From NCBI GenBank assembly GCA_030390025.1, contig CM059438.1, forward strand, positions 69,008,001 through 69,072,000: a stretch of DNA of 64,000 bases, in the 5' to 3' direction. The position numbers and the translations under genes are program-made. The stretch comes from Squalus acanthias. Taxonomy: Eukaryota. The notes under the pieces were generated by a model. The model was not told the origin of the DNA, made no database searches, and saw only the letters and a program-made list of their open reading frames with translations. Each line of letters starts with the position of its first letter. Positions within the stretch are counted from its first letter, which is position 1. Positions 32,881-44,830 of this stretch are shown here, in pieces.

Positions 32881-33645
32881 GGCCCTGAAATTCGCCTCTC
32901 CGGCTTGCCGCGGGGGTAAGGATCGCACGCGCACTTACCTACCGCGCCTGCCGTTGACGTCTGGGCCCACGGGAACTTCAGCTCCTGGGCCTGCTCCAAG
33001 TGCCGGCGCGCAGTGGTTGCGTGTCCCAGGGGCGTAGTTAGTGCGATGCGTCCCCTGGGATCACGTGGGCCATGGAGAGCCAATGACAGCAGACCATCTT
33101 TCATTCATAGATTTGACAGGAAGACCTGTCAAATCTATGAATTGAAATCGGCCCCAAGAGAACAGCTAAACTTAAAATAAATTTTTTAAAAACCATCACA
33201 TTTATAAAATAACTATAAGTTAAATAAATTAACTACTTTAAACAAAACTTTTAATTTTTGAAAAAATGAAAATACTTTTTAACAGTGCTAAAAATAAACT
33301 TACCTTTCTTTAAAGTATCTAAAAAAGATAAACCTGTTGAAAAAATGTTTAAATTATAATTAATTAGCCACTTACGTTGTTGAAAACGGGTCCTGCGCCT
33401 CCTTTTTAAAAGCGCAGGTTCTTCAATACTTACCCTCGCGTAGAAACCTGAAAAAAAAACTAAGTTCGCTGCGTGCGCGCAGCCTCTACCGCGCACGCGG
33501 TTCACCTCTGAACCGCTCCCTTCACCAGACCGGAAGTTCCAGTTTCCCACGCATGCGCAGTGCATGCAGGAAACCGGCACTTCAGGATGCCTTACAGGTG
33601 AGTACACAGTGTGTACTCACCCGGCAAGGGCCGAATTTTTGGCCC
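32881..33645 (+). mobile_element. Harbinger-type MITE family 1, copy 5
   Basis: TIRs as in copy 3, TSD AAT/AAT. Confidence 0.9.
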
Positions 33646-33648
33646 AAT

Positions 33649-33910
33649 ATAGAATCATACAGTTCAGAAGGAGGCTATTCGGTCCATCGTGCCTATGCCG
33701 GCTCTTTGAAAGAGCGATCCAATTTGTCCCACTCCCCTGCCCTTTCCCCATAGCCCTGCAAGTTTTTCTCTTTTAAATATTTATAGAATTCCCTTTTAAA
33801 AGTTACTATTGAATCTGCTTCTGCAACCCTTAGACATTGCATTCCAGATCATCATAACTCGATGCATAAAAAAATTTCTCCTCATCTCGCCACTGGTACC
33901 TTTGCTAATT
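33649..33910 (-). mobile_element. CR1 3' end fragment
   Basis: Similar to 7590-7805 and 62049-62300. Confidence 0.8.
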
Positions 33911-34544
33911 ACCTTTTTTTTAATTTCAAAACTCAATTTTTCAATAATGGATATGAACAATCTAACAACAAACCTGTGGACCGTGTATTGATATTTTGCT
34001 GCTTTACTTTCCCCCTACTTTGTTACCTTCCTTGGCAGTGTAGGAGATGCTTTTGATGCGTCCCATTTTATTCCTCAAGAGTTTCACTACCACCAGGCAG
34101 TTCATGAAGCATGGTCTATCTCCTGGATTCCTTTCCCATTTATATTTCTAATATGGGCTGAGATGTAATGAATCAGTCCTTTGCCATCATTACAACTGAT
34201 GATGTACTTTAGCAAGTGAAAAAATGAATGTTCAGAACTGTGGCTAAGTATGCGACCAAAAAAAAGCTGCTTTTCATGTGGATTAAATTTTTCTAATAAA
34301 CCTCATTGCCTGGGGAAATCTGAAGCTTCATTAAGATTATACTTTCAAAAAGAAATTTAAATTTTTAGTGTAAATGCAGAATGATTCTGAATAAAAGCCT
34401 CCTTTCTTTTCCTTTGTACTTTAATCACTAAGATTAAGGCCTCCAAAAATATCAGGGCATCAAGTTAAGTAATCAAAGAAGCTCCAATGTGATGAGAAGT
34501 TAAAAAAAAAGCTCTAAAAAAAAAGCTCGCTCTCGGTATCTCTA

Positions 34545-35118
34545 ACATAAAGACTTGCATTTATTTAGGGCCTTTTATAACCTCAGGACATCCCAAAGCA
34601 CTTTACAGCCAATCAAGTACTTTTGAAGTGTAATTACTGTTGTAATGTAGGAAATGCAGCAGCTAATTTGTGCACAGCAAGCTCCCACAAACAGCAATGT
34701 GATAATGACCAGATAATCTGTTTTCATTATGTTGCTTGAGGGATAAATATTGGCCAGGACACCAGGGATAACTCCCCTGCTCTTCTTCAAAATAGTGCCA
34801 TGGGATTTTTTACGTCCACCTGAGAGCAGACGGGGCCTGTGGCTCAGTGGGTAGCACACTCGCTTCTGAGTCAGAAGGTCGTGGATTCAAGTTCCACTCC
34901 AGGGACCTGAGCACATAAAGCTAGACCAACACTCCAGTGCAGTGCTGAGAGTGTAACGAGCAGATAATTTTTTAATTTTTTTTTAAAGTGATACTAATTG
35001 AGGGATAAATATTTGACAGGACACCAGCGATAATTCTTCCGCTCTTAGTCAAAATCATGCCATGGGATCTTTTACGTCCACCTGAGCGAGCAGACAGGGC
35101 CTCGGTTTAGCGTCTCAT
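34545..35118 (-). mobile_element. Deu-domain SINE (SacSINE1-like), rearranged, with a plus-strand tRNA head at about 34835-34950
   Basis: Deu-type core (GGACATCCCAAAGCACTTTACAGCCAAT…GCACAGCAAGCTCCCACAAACAGC), duplicated segment at 34995-35103, A and B boxes. Confidence 0.72.
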
Positions 35119-35565
35119 ATGGAATGTGCCTCTGTATAGAACAAGCGAGATGGATAAATATTGATGGGTATATGTGTATGTATATTGTTACAGGATCCTA
35201 TCATCTCAGAGCCGCCTTTCCTTTACAAACAGCAGTCCTTGAACAATCCCAGTTACCTTACCATATCTCTTCCAACTGCCAGCCTCTTTCAACCCCCTAC
35301 ATTGCCGGAACCTCCCCTTTTATGCTCACCTGGCTGGGGAATGTCTCCTCCCACTCCAGGTGCTCCCACTCCTGGTCCAATTATCTTTAAAGGGGAGGTT
35401 CTTAAAGTCGCCATACCCTTACTCGGGGATCAGAGCTCTCATCAGCCTGCGGCTGACATATCGGCCCTCAATCACCCTGCTACAATATAGGATGTCAATC
35501 TTCTATGGTGTTACATATGGGAAGACGTGTAAAACTATAGTCTTGCGTTAAGCGGGGTGAGAGGG

Positions 35566-36158
35566 TGGGGGTTAATTGGACAGGGCGGCAGGACCCAATA
35601 TGGCACTCGGCGTGCACGTGCCCATTCCACGCCGGAAGTGCGCCGCATGTCATATTGGTTAGGGAGCCCTGTATTCATCCCAGCTGCCTGCCTGAAACTG
35701 GCACCCAGCCTATTACTTATGCAAATCGGGGGCCTACTGCCTGTTTCAGGCCCCTTCGTGAAATTCGTTTGCGACAGAATGCAGCCTGCGCAGTGCTAGC
35801 TGAGATCAGTTTTTTCCGACGCACAGCAGCCAAAACAGCGATCCTTAAAGAGACAGCTGGAGGCTGCCACCCAAAGAGTGAGTTTAAAGTTTTGCACTTG
35901 CCTAACTGTGGAGCCAGCAGGCTCAGGAGTGCTCCTCCCAGCTCCACATTAAAACAGTGAGTCGCTGCTGGACGCCGCTCGCCTCCCTCCCGATTGGCTC
36001 CCCCAAGCCAGCCATATTCACTCCCCCTCCGTGACTGATGAGCTGAAGTATTTTGCTAATGACACTGGTGGACCAATTTGCCATGGACCCGCTGCTGGTC
36101 ATGTTTAGGTGCTGCACAGGATCGCGCCCTAATTCAGGCCGGAACCAATTTCTAGGCC
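35566..36158. mobile_element. Probable Harbinger-type non-autonomous element
   Basis: Right TIR CCAATTTCTAGGCC; left end degenerate; GC-rich interior. Confidence 0.45.
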
Positions 36159-36568
36159 CATGTCTTCTAACTGTGATTAACTTGCTGGAATTATTCCAAT
36201 GACTCCACATGATCTATCTCTGGTCTTTGAAAAGCAATAGAGTATCATGTCAGACCATGTTCTAAGTTTAAACTGTGATGCAAATTTATTAAGTAATGAG
36301 CAAATGAATATTTAACAACAGACCCAAATACAGTAGAATTTCTACCTACTTGAAAAAATTATGATCTTTCTGCTTAACTGTCCTCTGTAACCAACTGCTG
36401 TTTAGATAGCTGCACTTCTTTTCTTTGTTTGACTTGATTCAAAGGGCAATTTGTTTCTTGTTGCAGCTCTTGAACTGTTGCCAAGGCTTGTCAGATACCC
36501 TTAAATGCCTGCCTCACTCAAAGAGCAATAGATTGAATGTTCATAACTAAACCAATCGCCACTTCTAT

Positions 36569-37703
36569 GGCCCAGAATTTGCTGGGAAAATAAATGAATT
36601 TAATACACGCGCTGTTATTATATATAAATAACCCAGCAAGTTGTGACGAGGAAGCGATGCACCGTGAATTGCGAGTGGCCACGAGTTGCTGGACGATTGG
36701 CACTGCTCCGCCATTAGCCTTGTGGCAACGGGAGCTCGCCCTCAACCTCCCCGTGAGCGTCAAGAAATTGCTGCATTTACGCTGTTAAAACAAATTCAAC
36801 TAGCTGCAGAAAATTAGGGCTGGTACTTAAGGATGTAGGGACTCTTTTAATGAAAGGATTTATGTTCCTGCAAAGCCGGAACGGTAGCATAGTGGTAATG
36901 TTACTAGATTAGTAATCTGGAGACATGAGTTCATAATCCCACCACAGCAGCTGGGGAATTTAAGTTCAGTTAATTAAATAAATCGGGAATACAAAGCTAG
37001 TATCAGTAATGGTTACCGTGAAACTACCAGATTGTCGTAAAAACCCACCGGTTTCACTAATATCCTTTAGGGAAGGAAATCTGCTATCCTTACCCGGTCT
37101 GGCCTATATGGGACTCCAGATCCACAGCATTGTGGTTGACTCTTAACTGCCCTCTGAAATGGCCTAGCAAGCCACTCAGTTGTCAAGAAGGTGGTTCACC
37201 CCCACCTTCTCAAGGGCAATTTGGGATGGGCAATAAATGCTGGGTTTCCCAGCGATGCCCACATCCCGTCAATGAATAAAAAAAACTCAATCTCTCTGGC
37301 CCGGAAAGGGAACAATTCAAACTGTGGAGTCTCATTCATGCAGGGTGTAAATTGTTCCGAAAGACATTTAAATTATAAAAATATTTTCTTAGTTTCCTTT
37401 CTGTCTCTTTTTTCTCTCTCTCTCTAAATCCAATCTTTCTTTCCCTCCCTTTATTTGTCTTTCTGTATCTTATTTGACTCTATTTCCTTCTCCGTCATTG
37501 CTCTGTTGCTTTCTCTATTCTGAAGTCTCGTTGGTTAAGGAGATAGACTTTTGATCCCATTGTTCACCAAGGTCCCAGCTTTCCCGAAGACCTCGCTGCA
37601 CCATTATCTGCTCGCACTGACAACAATTTGCGGTGCAAAACTTTTTCGAGCAACAAATGGCCCGCATGCCGCATGATGGCCCCGCTCCAGCACATTCTGG
37701 GCC
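36569..37703. mobile_element. Harbinger-type MITE family 2 with nested SINE
   Basis: TIRs GGCCCAGAATTTGCTGG / CCAGCACATTCTGGGCC, TSD TAT/TAT. Confidence 0.85.
36875..37286 (+). mobile_element. tRNA-derived SINE with LINE-derived tail
   Basis: A/B boxes; 3' ~100 bp match the LINE 3' end at 60110-60119 plus 61202-61295; A-rich end. Confidence 0.85.
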
Positions 37704-38676
37704 TATATATTTGAAAATATGTGTTTGATTTCCTTTAAAACCTGTTACTAGGGAGACAATAACGGAAAAGTTCACAACATATATAATAACATTGGCTGAG
37801 GCAGCATAGTTGTCTTTTTAAATACTCACGCATTGTGACTGAATTAAAGGGACATCCACCAAATCAAAACAAGATGGAAATGCTTGATGTTCATCACATT
37901 TCCTCACACAGTTGCTTACTAAATGGAAGCCTACTGAAATGTTTCATTCCAGACTAATCAAACAAGTTTGATGTATGTAGATCCTGAGGCAGTATTCCTT
38001 TCTACACGGTAAAGGCCATGTCCCTTTGTGAGATTTGTCAAAAGAAGCAGTCATTAATACTGTGCAATGTCATCTGCAACATTGTAGAATGGAGTAGACC
38101 ATCGTGCATATTTACAATGCACATTTTGTGTAGAGAAGCCTATTTTATGTTGAAATGCCTTGTCCAGAAAGGTGAGAAGTTCAAATACAGGTATATAACA
38201 TTCAACAAGCAATGCTGAACAGCATTGTTCTGGATTGAAATGTATTGCAAGTTGCGGCGATTAACTCTCGCTGATTACGGACACAAGCCCACACAGAGCT
38301 GCCTTTTCCAGGAAGCCCATTTTTGAATAGAGGTCAACTCATTAAGTTTGTGTCAATCCATTTGCTCTGAAGAAACATGATTGCATATGATACAGGGCTT
38401 TTGGGGATATTAGCAAAGAGCCGTCGTCCTTGATTTAATTCAAAATATGCAGATGATTGTTTTGTACAATCTGGGAAATTGATTTCCTGAAAATTGTCTT
38501 GCAAAGAATACAATCTAGAGCGAGACAGTGGAGAGAAGATTTTTGAATTCAGCGTTGAGATGTGCTATAATTTGCAGTGGATAGTGAATTCCAAAAAATA
38601 CTGTGATATGCACGACATAAAAGCAAATTAACATTTTCTTTGGTCAGTCAGGCGTCTTACAATATGGAAACACTAT

Positions 38677-38862
38677 GGCCTAGAAATTCATCTTGTGCGG
38701 TGGCGCAATACGGGCGGTATCGGATCGACCGCCTGTTATACGCAGCGTCTGATATTCAATTCAATTGCAGTCAATGGAACTGAATATCAAGTGTTGCGTA
38801 TAACGGGCTGCCGATCCGATACCTCCCATTTTGCACCACCACCCGAGCCAAATTTCTAGCCC
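38677..38862. mobile_element. 186-bp fold-back MITE
   Basis: Whole element is an imperfect palindrome with GGCCTAGAAATT / AATTTCTAGCCC ends. Confidence 0.85.
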
Positions 38863-39389
38863 ATCATCTCTCCAAATCAAGCGACTGAAAAATCTACACT
38901 TACTGTACAGTTTCTGTTGGCCCAATATTCAGTACATGCTCTCTCTGTGGGGACACTTAGCCAAGCACAGAGAGCTACAGCACAAGTTGGCATAGGTAAG
39001 GCTTAGGAACTACCAAAGACTGCACACGAGTACTGCTGGCATTTAGTCAGCTAAAACGATTTCATCTACTAGAACTCCTCCCCGCTGTTAGTCCAGCTAG
39101 GACCAGCCTACCCATTGGATCACCATCTGGAGCCGAGTCCTAAAGAATCGCAGACCCCAGCGAAGAATCTACCCCTTCCCGAGTCCAATACAGATCCATG
39201 CTGGCCGGTCAGTCATCAACAGTGCCCAGTAATACCGTGGATCCATCAGTTGCCAGGCATTTCATCTTGGAAAATCTTGACACCAAAGAGACTTTGCTTC
39301 CCTCTCTCTTCTCCCGCCCCCTGCCACCCCACCCCCTGCCGAGTAGAATACTGAGCATCATCAATAAGTGATCCATTCTTGGAAGCTCA

Positions 39390-40582
39390 GATAGAATTAC
39401 ATAGAATGTACAGCACAGAAACAGGACATTCAGCCCAACTGGTCCATGCTCCACACAAGCCTCCTCCCACCCCTCTTCATCTAATCCTATCAGTATAAGC
39501 CTCTATTCCTTTCTCCCTCATGTGTTTATTTAGCTTCCCCTTAAATGCATCTATGCTATTCGTCTCAATCTATTCCTTGTGGTAGTGAGTTCCACATTCT
39601 AACCATTCTCTTGGTAAAGAAGTTGCTCCTGAATTCCCTATTGGATTTATTAGTGACTATCTTATATTTATGACCCTTAGTTTTGGTCTCCCCACAAGTA
39701 GAAACATCTTCTCTACATCTACCCTATCAAACTGTAAGCCTCTATCTTACTACTGTTTGGACCTCGAGAATTACGAATAAGCGTAACAATGACAGATAAG
39801 TATGTGATCAATAAAATTGGTCTTTATTCACACTACAATTCAAAATTAAAGTGTACATAGAAGCATTCTCTCGCAATCAATATGCTCCCAATTTACCAGA
39901 CATAAACGGTATTCCCAGCATCTTATATGCTAATTCCTGGCGATTTATATCCCAAGTCAACCGTACATAAAAGTACCCTTTAACAATATCTAAGCTCTAT
40001 GTCCGACTTTCATACATACTCCTTTATCTCTGGGTGATCAGTCCAGAAAAGTCATAGGTTGCAAACATAGACTTGCCAGCTTTTTTTGTTCCTCTTTTCT
40101 TCCTCTGCTTCCTTCTTTCTGAACTTCCCGCCTCTGGGTCATTTCTTTATAGGGCCTTTCTGCCGGCCTCCCTCGTATATCACCATCTGCCTCCCTCTGA
40201 TAGGACAGTTTTACTCCAAACCTTCCCTAATTGGAGTTCCTTCTGCATGACACGTTCATGTTCCTGTGATGTGTGTGGGGCTGGGACTTCATCTTCACCT
40301 GGTGTTTCTACTTCCTGTCCATGTGGTCTCACAAACAAAGGACCATATGCTGACCACCAGGCAAAGGACCCCCTGCTGACTTCCTCCATTTTGTGTTTTA
40401 ACAAACAAAGGAACACATGCTGACTTCCTCCATTTTGAGTATCCCGTAATCATTTCAGAACTCATTCTGAACTTCGATCTCCACACAGCAGCAGCGTTTT
40501 TATTACGGTTTTTAGAATCTTACAAACCCTTTCATAATCTTAAAAACCTCCGTCAGGTCACCCCTCAACCTTCTCTTTTCTA
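39390..40582 (-). mobile_element. CR1 3' fragment split by a solo LTR
   Basis: CR1 tail at about 39390; ACCCTATCAAAC|CCTTTCATAAT rejoins across 39733-40524. Confidence 0.8.
39733..40524 (-). mobile_element. Solo LTR, about 790 bp
   Basis: TGTAAG…CTTACA termini, AAC/AAAC duplication, minus-strand TATAAAG (about 40146) and AATAAA (about 39823). Confidence 0.75.
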
Positions 40583-40879
40583 AGATGATGAATATAAATG
40601 CTAAAGCTTATTCTCTGGCAACGCAACGCTGGCTATCCATCTGTCTGCTTTCTTAGTTGTAATATTGATTTGAGTGCTAGTAACTGTCTGGAAAATCAAT
40701 GCAATTGTAGTTATTTGAAACTCTCTTCAAAGGGGCATGATTTTTATAAAGCTGCAACATCATTGAGCTGCATATTTTTGATGTGATCATGAAAAATTCT
40801 TAAAGGGGTAATCTTCCTGCAATGTCTCTGGCAACTTTTGTATCAATTTACAGGCATGCATTGCAATGATGTACAATGT

Positions 40880-41627
40880 CTTGAATCACATTGTCAAACT
40901 AACGGTGAGGCTAATGGCGTTTCCATTATTTATGCGCAAATGATGCAGTACTTCAGGCTAAGGGCAGATGTGTGATTAAACTTAAATATCCAAAAGTTGC
41001 TGTCCGAAATGCACTGCTCTGCCATTAGTTTTGCAAAAACAGCATCTTGCTGTCTGCCTCACCATTGAAATGCATTGAACAGTGCGAAGTTGCTGTATTT
41101 GCACAGTAGATATGAACTAAACTGACCAAAGAAAGTTTAGTCTTGTCCATTCCAGTCTAAATACCCTTTTAACAGTGTGATAAGTATTAATTAATGCCAG
41201 TCAACCTCTCTGACACCAAAAATTAACTATTGCAAGTGTAGAGTCTCATTCCTTCAGGTTTTAATTGTTTTTGGAGAATGTAAAAATGTAAAATTTTAAT
41301 TTTTTTTTTGCTTTTCCTTTCTGTCTCTTTCTCTCTCTCTTAATCCAATCTTCCTTTCCCTCTCTTTATTTCTCTTTCTGCACCTCATTTGACATTGAAT
41401 TCACCCACTCTAATTTACACTTCCTTCTCAGTCCTTGCGCTATTTATTTCTCAATCCTTCACTCTGATTTGGTTAAGGAGATATCCTATTCACTTAGGTC
41501 CCAGATGCCCTGTCAGCTCGTACTTTCAGCAACTTGCCACACAAAAAATTTTAAAACCTAAATGTGCAAGGGCAAGTCTAACTAATGGCAGATGACATTA
41601 GATGCCCTGCTACAGCAAAATTTGGCC
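40880..41627. mobile_element. Diverged MITE family 2 copy
   Basis: Similar to 36569-37703 without the SINE; right TIR CAGCAAAATTTGGCC; left end unclear. Confidence 0.6.
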
Positions 41628-43109
41628 TCCAAATCTCCTCACATGCTTGATGCCAAAGTCACAAAAATGACACACCGCTTTTCTGTACTGAAAAAGAAAT
41701 GGTTTGGCAAACATCTTATTGTGATGGTCCTCAAGTAAGCTCTTGGTTGCAACAGCCAAGCCAATTCTTGGATTACCTGAGTTGATGTGGAATGTTTAGA
41801 AAAATAATGTCTGGATAAAATAGCACAACACTTGTGATTTAAAGACCTGGGGTAGACATTTGTATGCGTTGCACCTGTTTTTTTTAGCATAACACGAGCA
41901 CACCAATTTAGCAGTGGGATGGCCTGCGCTCAATCTGCATTGGCGTTGGTACCATTGCTAAATTCGTGGGGCCCATTTTCAAAGTTTTCTGGGCAGATGC
42001 CTAAATTTTGCGCTGTGGGCCCTTGAATATGTAAATTAGGGGCTTAATACGTGTTAAAGGACCCCTTTCCAAAATTAGTCGGGGATGGGCAGGGCATCGG
42101 GCCTGCTCCACTCAGTATTCTTTAGCAGTCCCCCACAACCGCCAATATCAGGTAAGTAATAAAAAATAATATTGTTTTTGTTAACTCCTTCCTGTGCAGC
42201 CAGAGGGAGCAAAAGTTGCGATCTCCACCTGACCCCGCACACCCTGCCCATCCCTGCAGCCCACGCCAATTCCCCCTCCCGGCACTTAGCCGAGGGGCTC
42301 TGCCAGCGAGGAAGATGACCCAACATTATTGTCTTTGCTTGGGCAAGCTGCCTGTGGAGGCGTGACCAGCACTGGCAGCTGCTATGCTGATGAGGCCCGA
42401 GGACCAAATTTCAACCGATCATCGTGCCTGTCGGTTCAGGCGTGCTGGTCATCAGACTGGGCCGGAAAAACTGGCTCAGACCAAGTTCACCCCGTAAAGA
42501 TGTGGAATCGGTAAAAGGCCATCAAGCGCATTGGTTGTCACTTCCAAAGGGCCATATGTAATTTGCAAAGTTATTAACTATCCCTCTATTTACCTCGAGC
42601 CGTGAGAGAGCCGATAACCACACAGAAGACTGGTTGACCCCTGATGAAATTGAGCAAATGCTTTTTGAACCCTGTCCAATTTGGTTCTGGTGATGATTCT
42701 ATCATACCAACTGGACTATTCCATGCCACGTTTGTACATGTATGTCAACACTTATCTTTACAAGTAATCTGTGTTTTGGCTGACAATCAGATGTTATTGA
42801 TGTGTAGCTTCTGCTAGTTTTCTTCTTTGCTTATTAAAATAAGACATTTGAGTGTTGAAGAACCTTTTCCACTTTTGAACATCAATATAGGCAGCAAGTA
42901 GAGAAGGCACAGCGAGTTTCCAATTTTTTCTGATCCAGTAATGTAGCAAACCTCAGAAAAGCAATACTGCTCTGAATTATAACATCTCTAATTTCTGATG
43001 TGGAATTTTGCCCACAGCTGGATTGGAACTGATCAAAGTTATAGGCTCTCATACCCAACAGAGAGAGAAGATTTTAATTTCATTTTGGCTAAGAAGATAA
43101 CCCTGAGGA

Positions 43110-43490
43110 AGTGGGTGGAGCAGTTAGATATTAACCATACACCTCTGGGACCTGGCTTAAAATCCAGACCAGACTGATGAGATGAAAGTCTCCTCTGTCC
43201 TCCATCTGCTAGCTGTGAGGGTCCAATGAGAAATATGTTTGGGCAATCTCAATCCAGTTTCTAGAAGGCTTCATGTAAAAAATGGTCCCTAATATGGCAC
43301 TAAATGGCAATGTCACTCTGCGAGGCCATAGGATGTATAGTGTGTGAAATAGAATCAACGTCACACTCGTGCAGTAGGACTTGCTCTTCTGAGGTGCTAT
43401 TGTGGCTGAGGCATATTCTTGTGGTAGTGTGGAAGGTGCTTTTCTCTGCATCTGGCTGTCCTGTAGCTGACCTGAGAATGCTTGATACTG
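43110..43490 (+). mobile_element. LF-SINE-like ancient SINE
   Basis: Collinear blocks resembling my recollection of the LF-SINE consensus: CACCTCT…AAATCCAG.CCAG, GAAAGTC, CCATCTG..GCTG, TCTCA.TCCAGTT.CTAG, TGGCACTAA.TGGCA, GAGGCCA, TGAGGCA.ATT. Confidence 0.6.
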
Positions 43491-44234
43491 ACACGAGGTA
43501 CATAGAACGAGAAGAGCTTCACTTCCCAACACTACCATCCCTCACCAGGACAACCAGAACAATTAAAAAAAAGAAGAAAATGAATGTTATAAGATCCCAA
43601 AGATGGTGGTCAAACCAATCCTGCCAATGAATCTTGCCGACTAGTCAACTTTATCATATCACTAAATTAGTGTTGTCGAACAGAAATTGCTAACTAACCA
43701 CAAGTGTGGCCGCAACAACACAACTTTGGCCACATGCACCAATTTTAGTAGAAAACGCCTCACATACAGTCACGTAATACAGGTAAATGTACTTCACATG
43801 TATATTTACATAGAAAACATCTACCACCATTCAGAAACCAAAAATGTAACGCACTCAACAATTAAAAAATGTCACGCTTTTCGTCTGACCATTTTACCAA
43901 CAAATGCACAAATAGATTAAAGTATACATGCAGACGCAGTGCGAATGAATATTGAGATCACATGACCGACAACACTGTCTATTACTCATTTTTTATTCAC
44001 TAATCAGAAATGCAATTCGGCACATTTGGATTCCCAATTAGCCATATGTGACTAGTGGCTAATGTGTTGGACAACACTGCACTAAATGGATAAAAGATAA
44101 CACAAATACCAAAACAATTGCTGGGAGGGGTGGCTAATCCTAACTAATTAGTCGATAACAAAGAAAAAACCTAAATCATATGTACATGTGGAACACAAAG
44201 GTCAGCTGTGGTGTGGAGTTCAGTGTGCAGTGCC

Positions 44235-44830
44235 AATCTTCGGGTAAGCGTTCTCCAAGGCGGCCTTCGAGACACACGACAACGCAAGATCGTCGAGCAG
44301 AAACTGATAGCCAAGTTCCGCACCCATGAGGATGGCCTCAACCGGGATCTTGGGTTCATATCACACTACATGTAACCCCACCTGACGTAGAGTCATCCAG
44401 ACTCGAGTCGTCGTTGGCTTGTTCTCTCTACACAGATGCGGCCGAACCTGCTGTGATTTCCAGCAAAAAAAGTTTTTTGTTTTCCATACAGACCCCAGCA
44501 TCTGCCACATTTGACCCCTTGTGACCCCACCTCATTGTCTTTGATGCAATGTTTTCCTGACTGACCTGTTTGGACACCATCCACACCTTTGATTGCCGTG
44601 ATTATCTCTCTGCCGAGGTGTGATAAAGGGCAGTTCGAAAGATTAACTGTACTCATCTGGCAGTGTTCTCTGACTATATATGCTGTGCCTATATGCATCT
44701 CTTCACTTCACCTGACGAAGGAGCAGCGCTCCGAAAGCTTGTGATTTCAAATAAAGCTGTTGGACTATAACCTGGTGTTGTGCGACTTCTCACATTTGTC
44801 CACCCCAGTCCAACACCGGCATCTCCACAT
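44235..44830 (+). mobile_element. Penelope-like fragments
   Basis: LQGGLRDTRQRKIVEQKLIAKFRTHEDGLNRDLGF (GIY-YIG C-terminus) and a 3' end with a hammerhead and AATAAA. Confidence 0.78.
44708..44744 (+). ncRNA. Minimal hammerhead ribozyme
   Basis: tcac-CTGAcGA-aggagcagcgctcc-GAAA-gcTT-gtga: stem I tcac/gtga, stem II ggagc/gctcc. Confidence 0.75.

Noticed and set aside
34835..34910. tRNA gene
   Set aside because: A/B boxes belong to a SINE head, as at 36875 and 49880-49940; no complete cloverleaf.
35120..35515. Small solo LTR
   Set aside because: Ends in …TGTTACA, but I could not define a matching left end or TSD.
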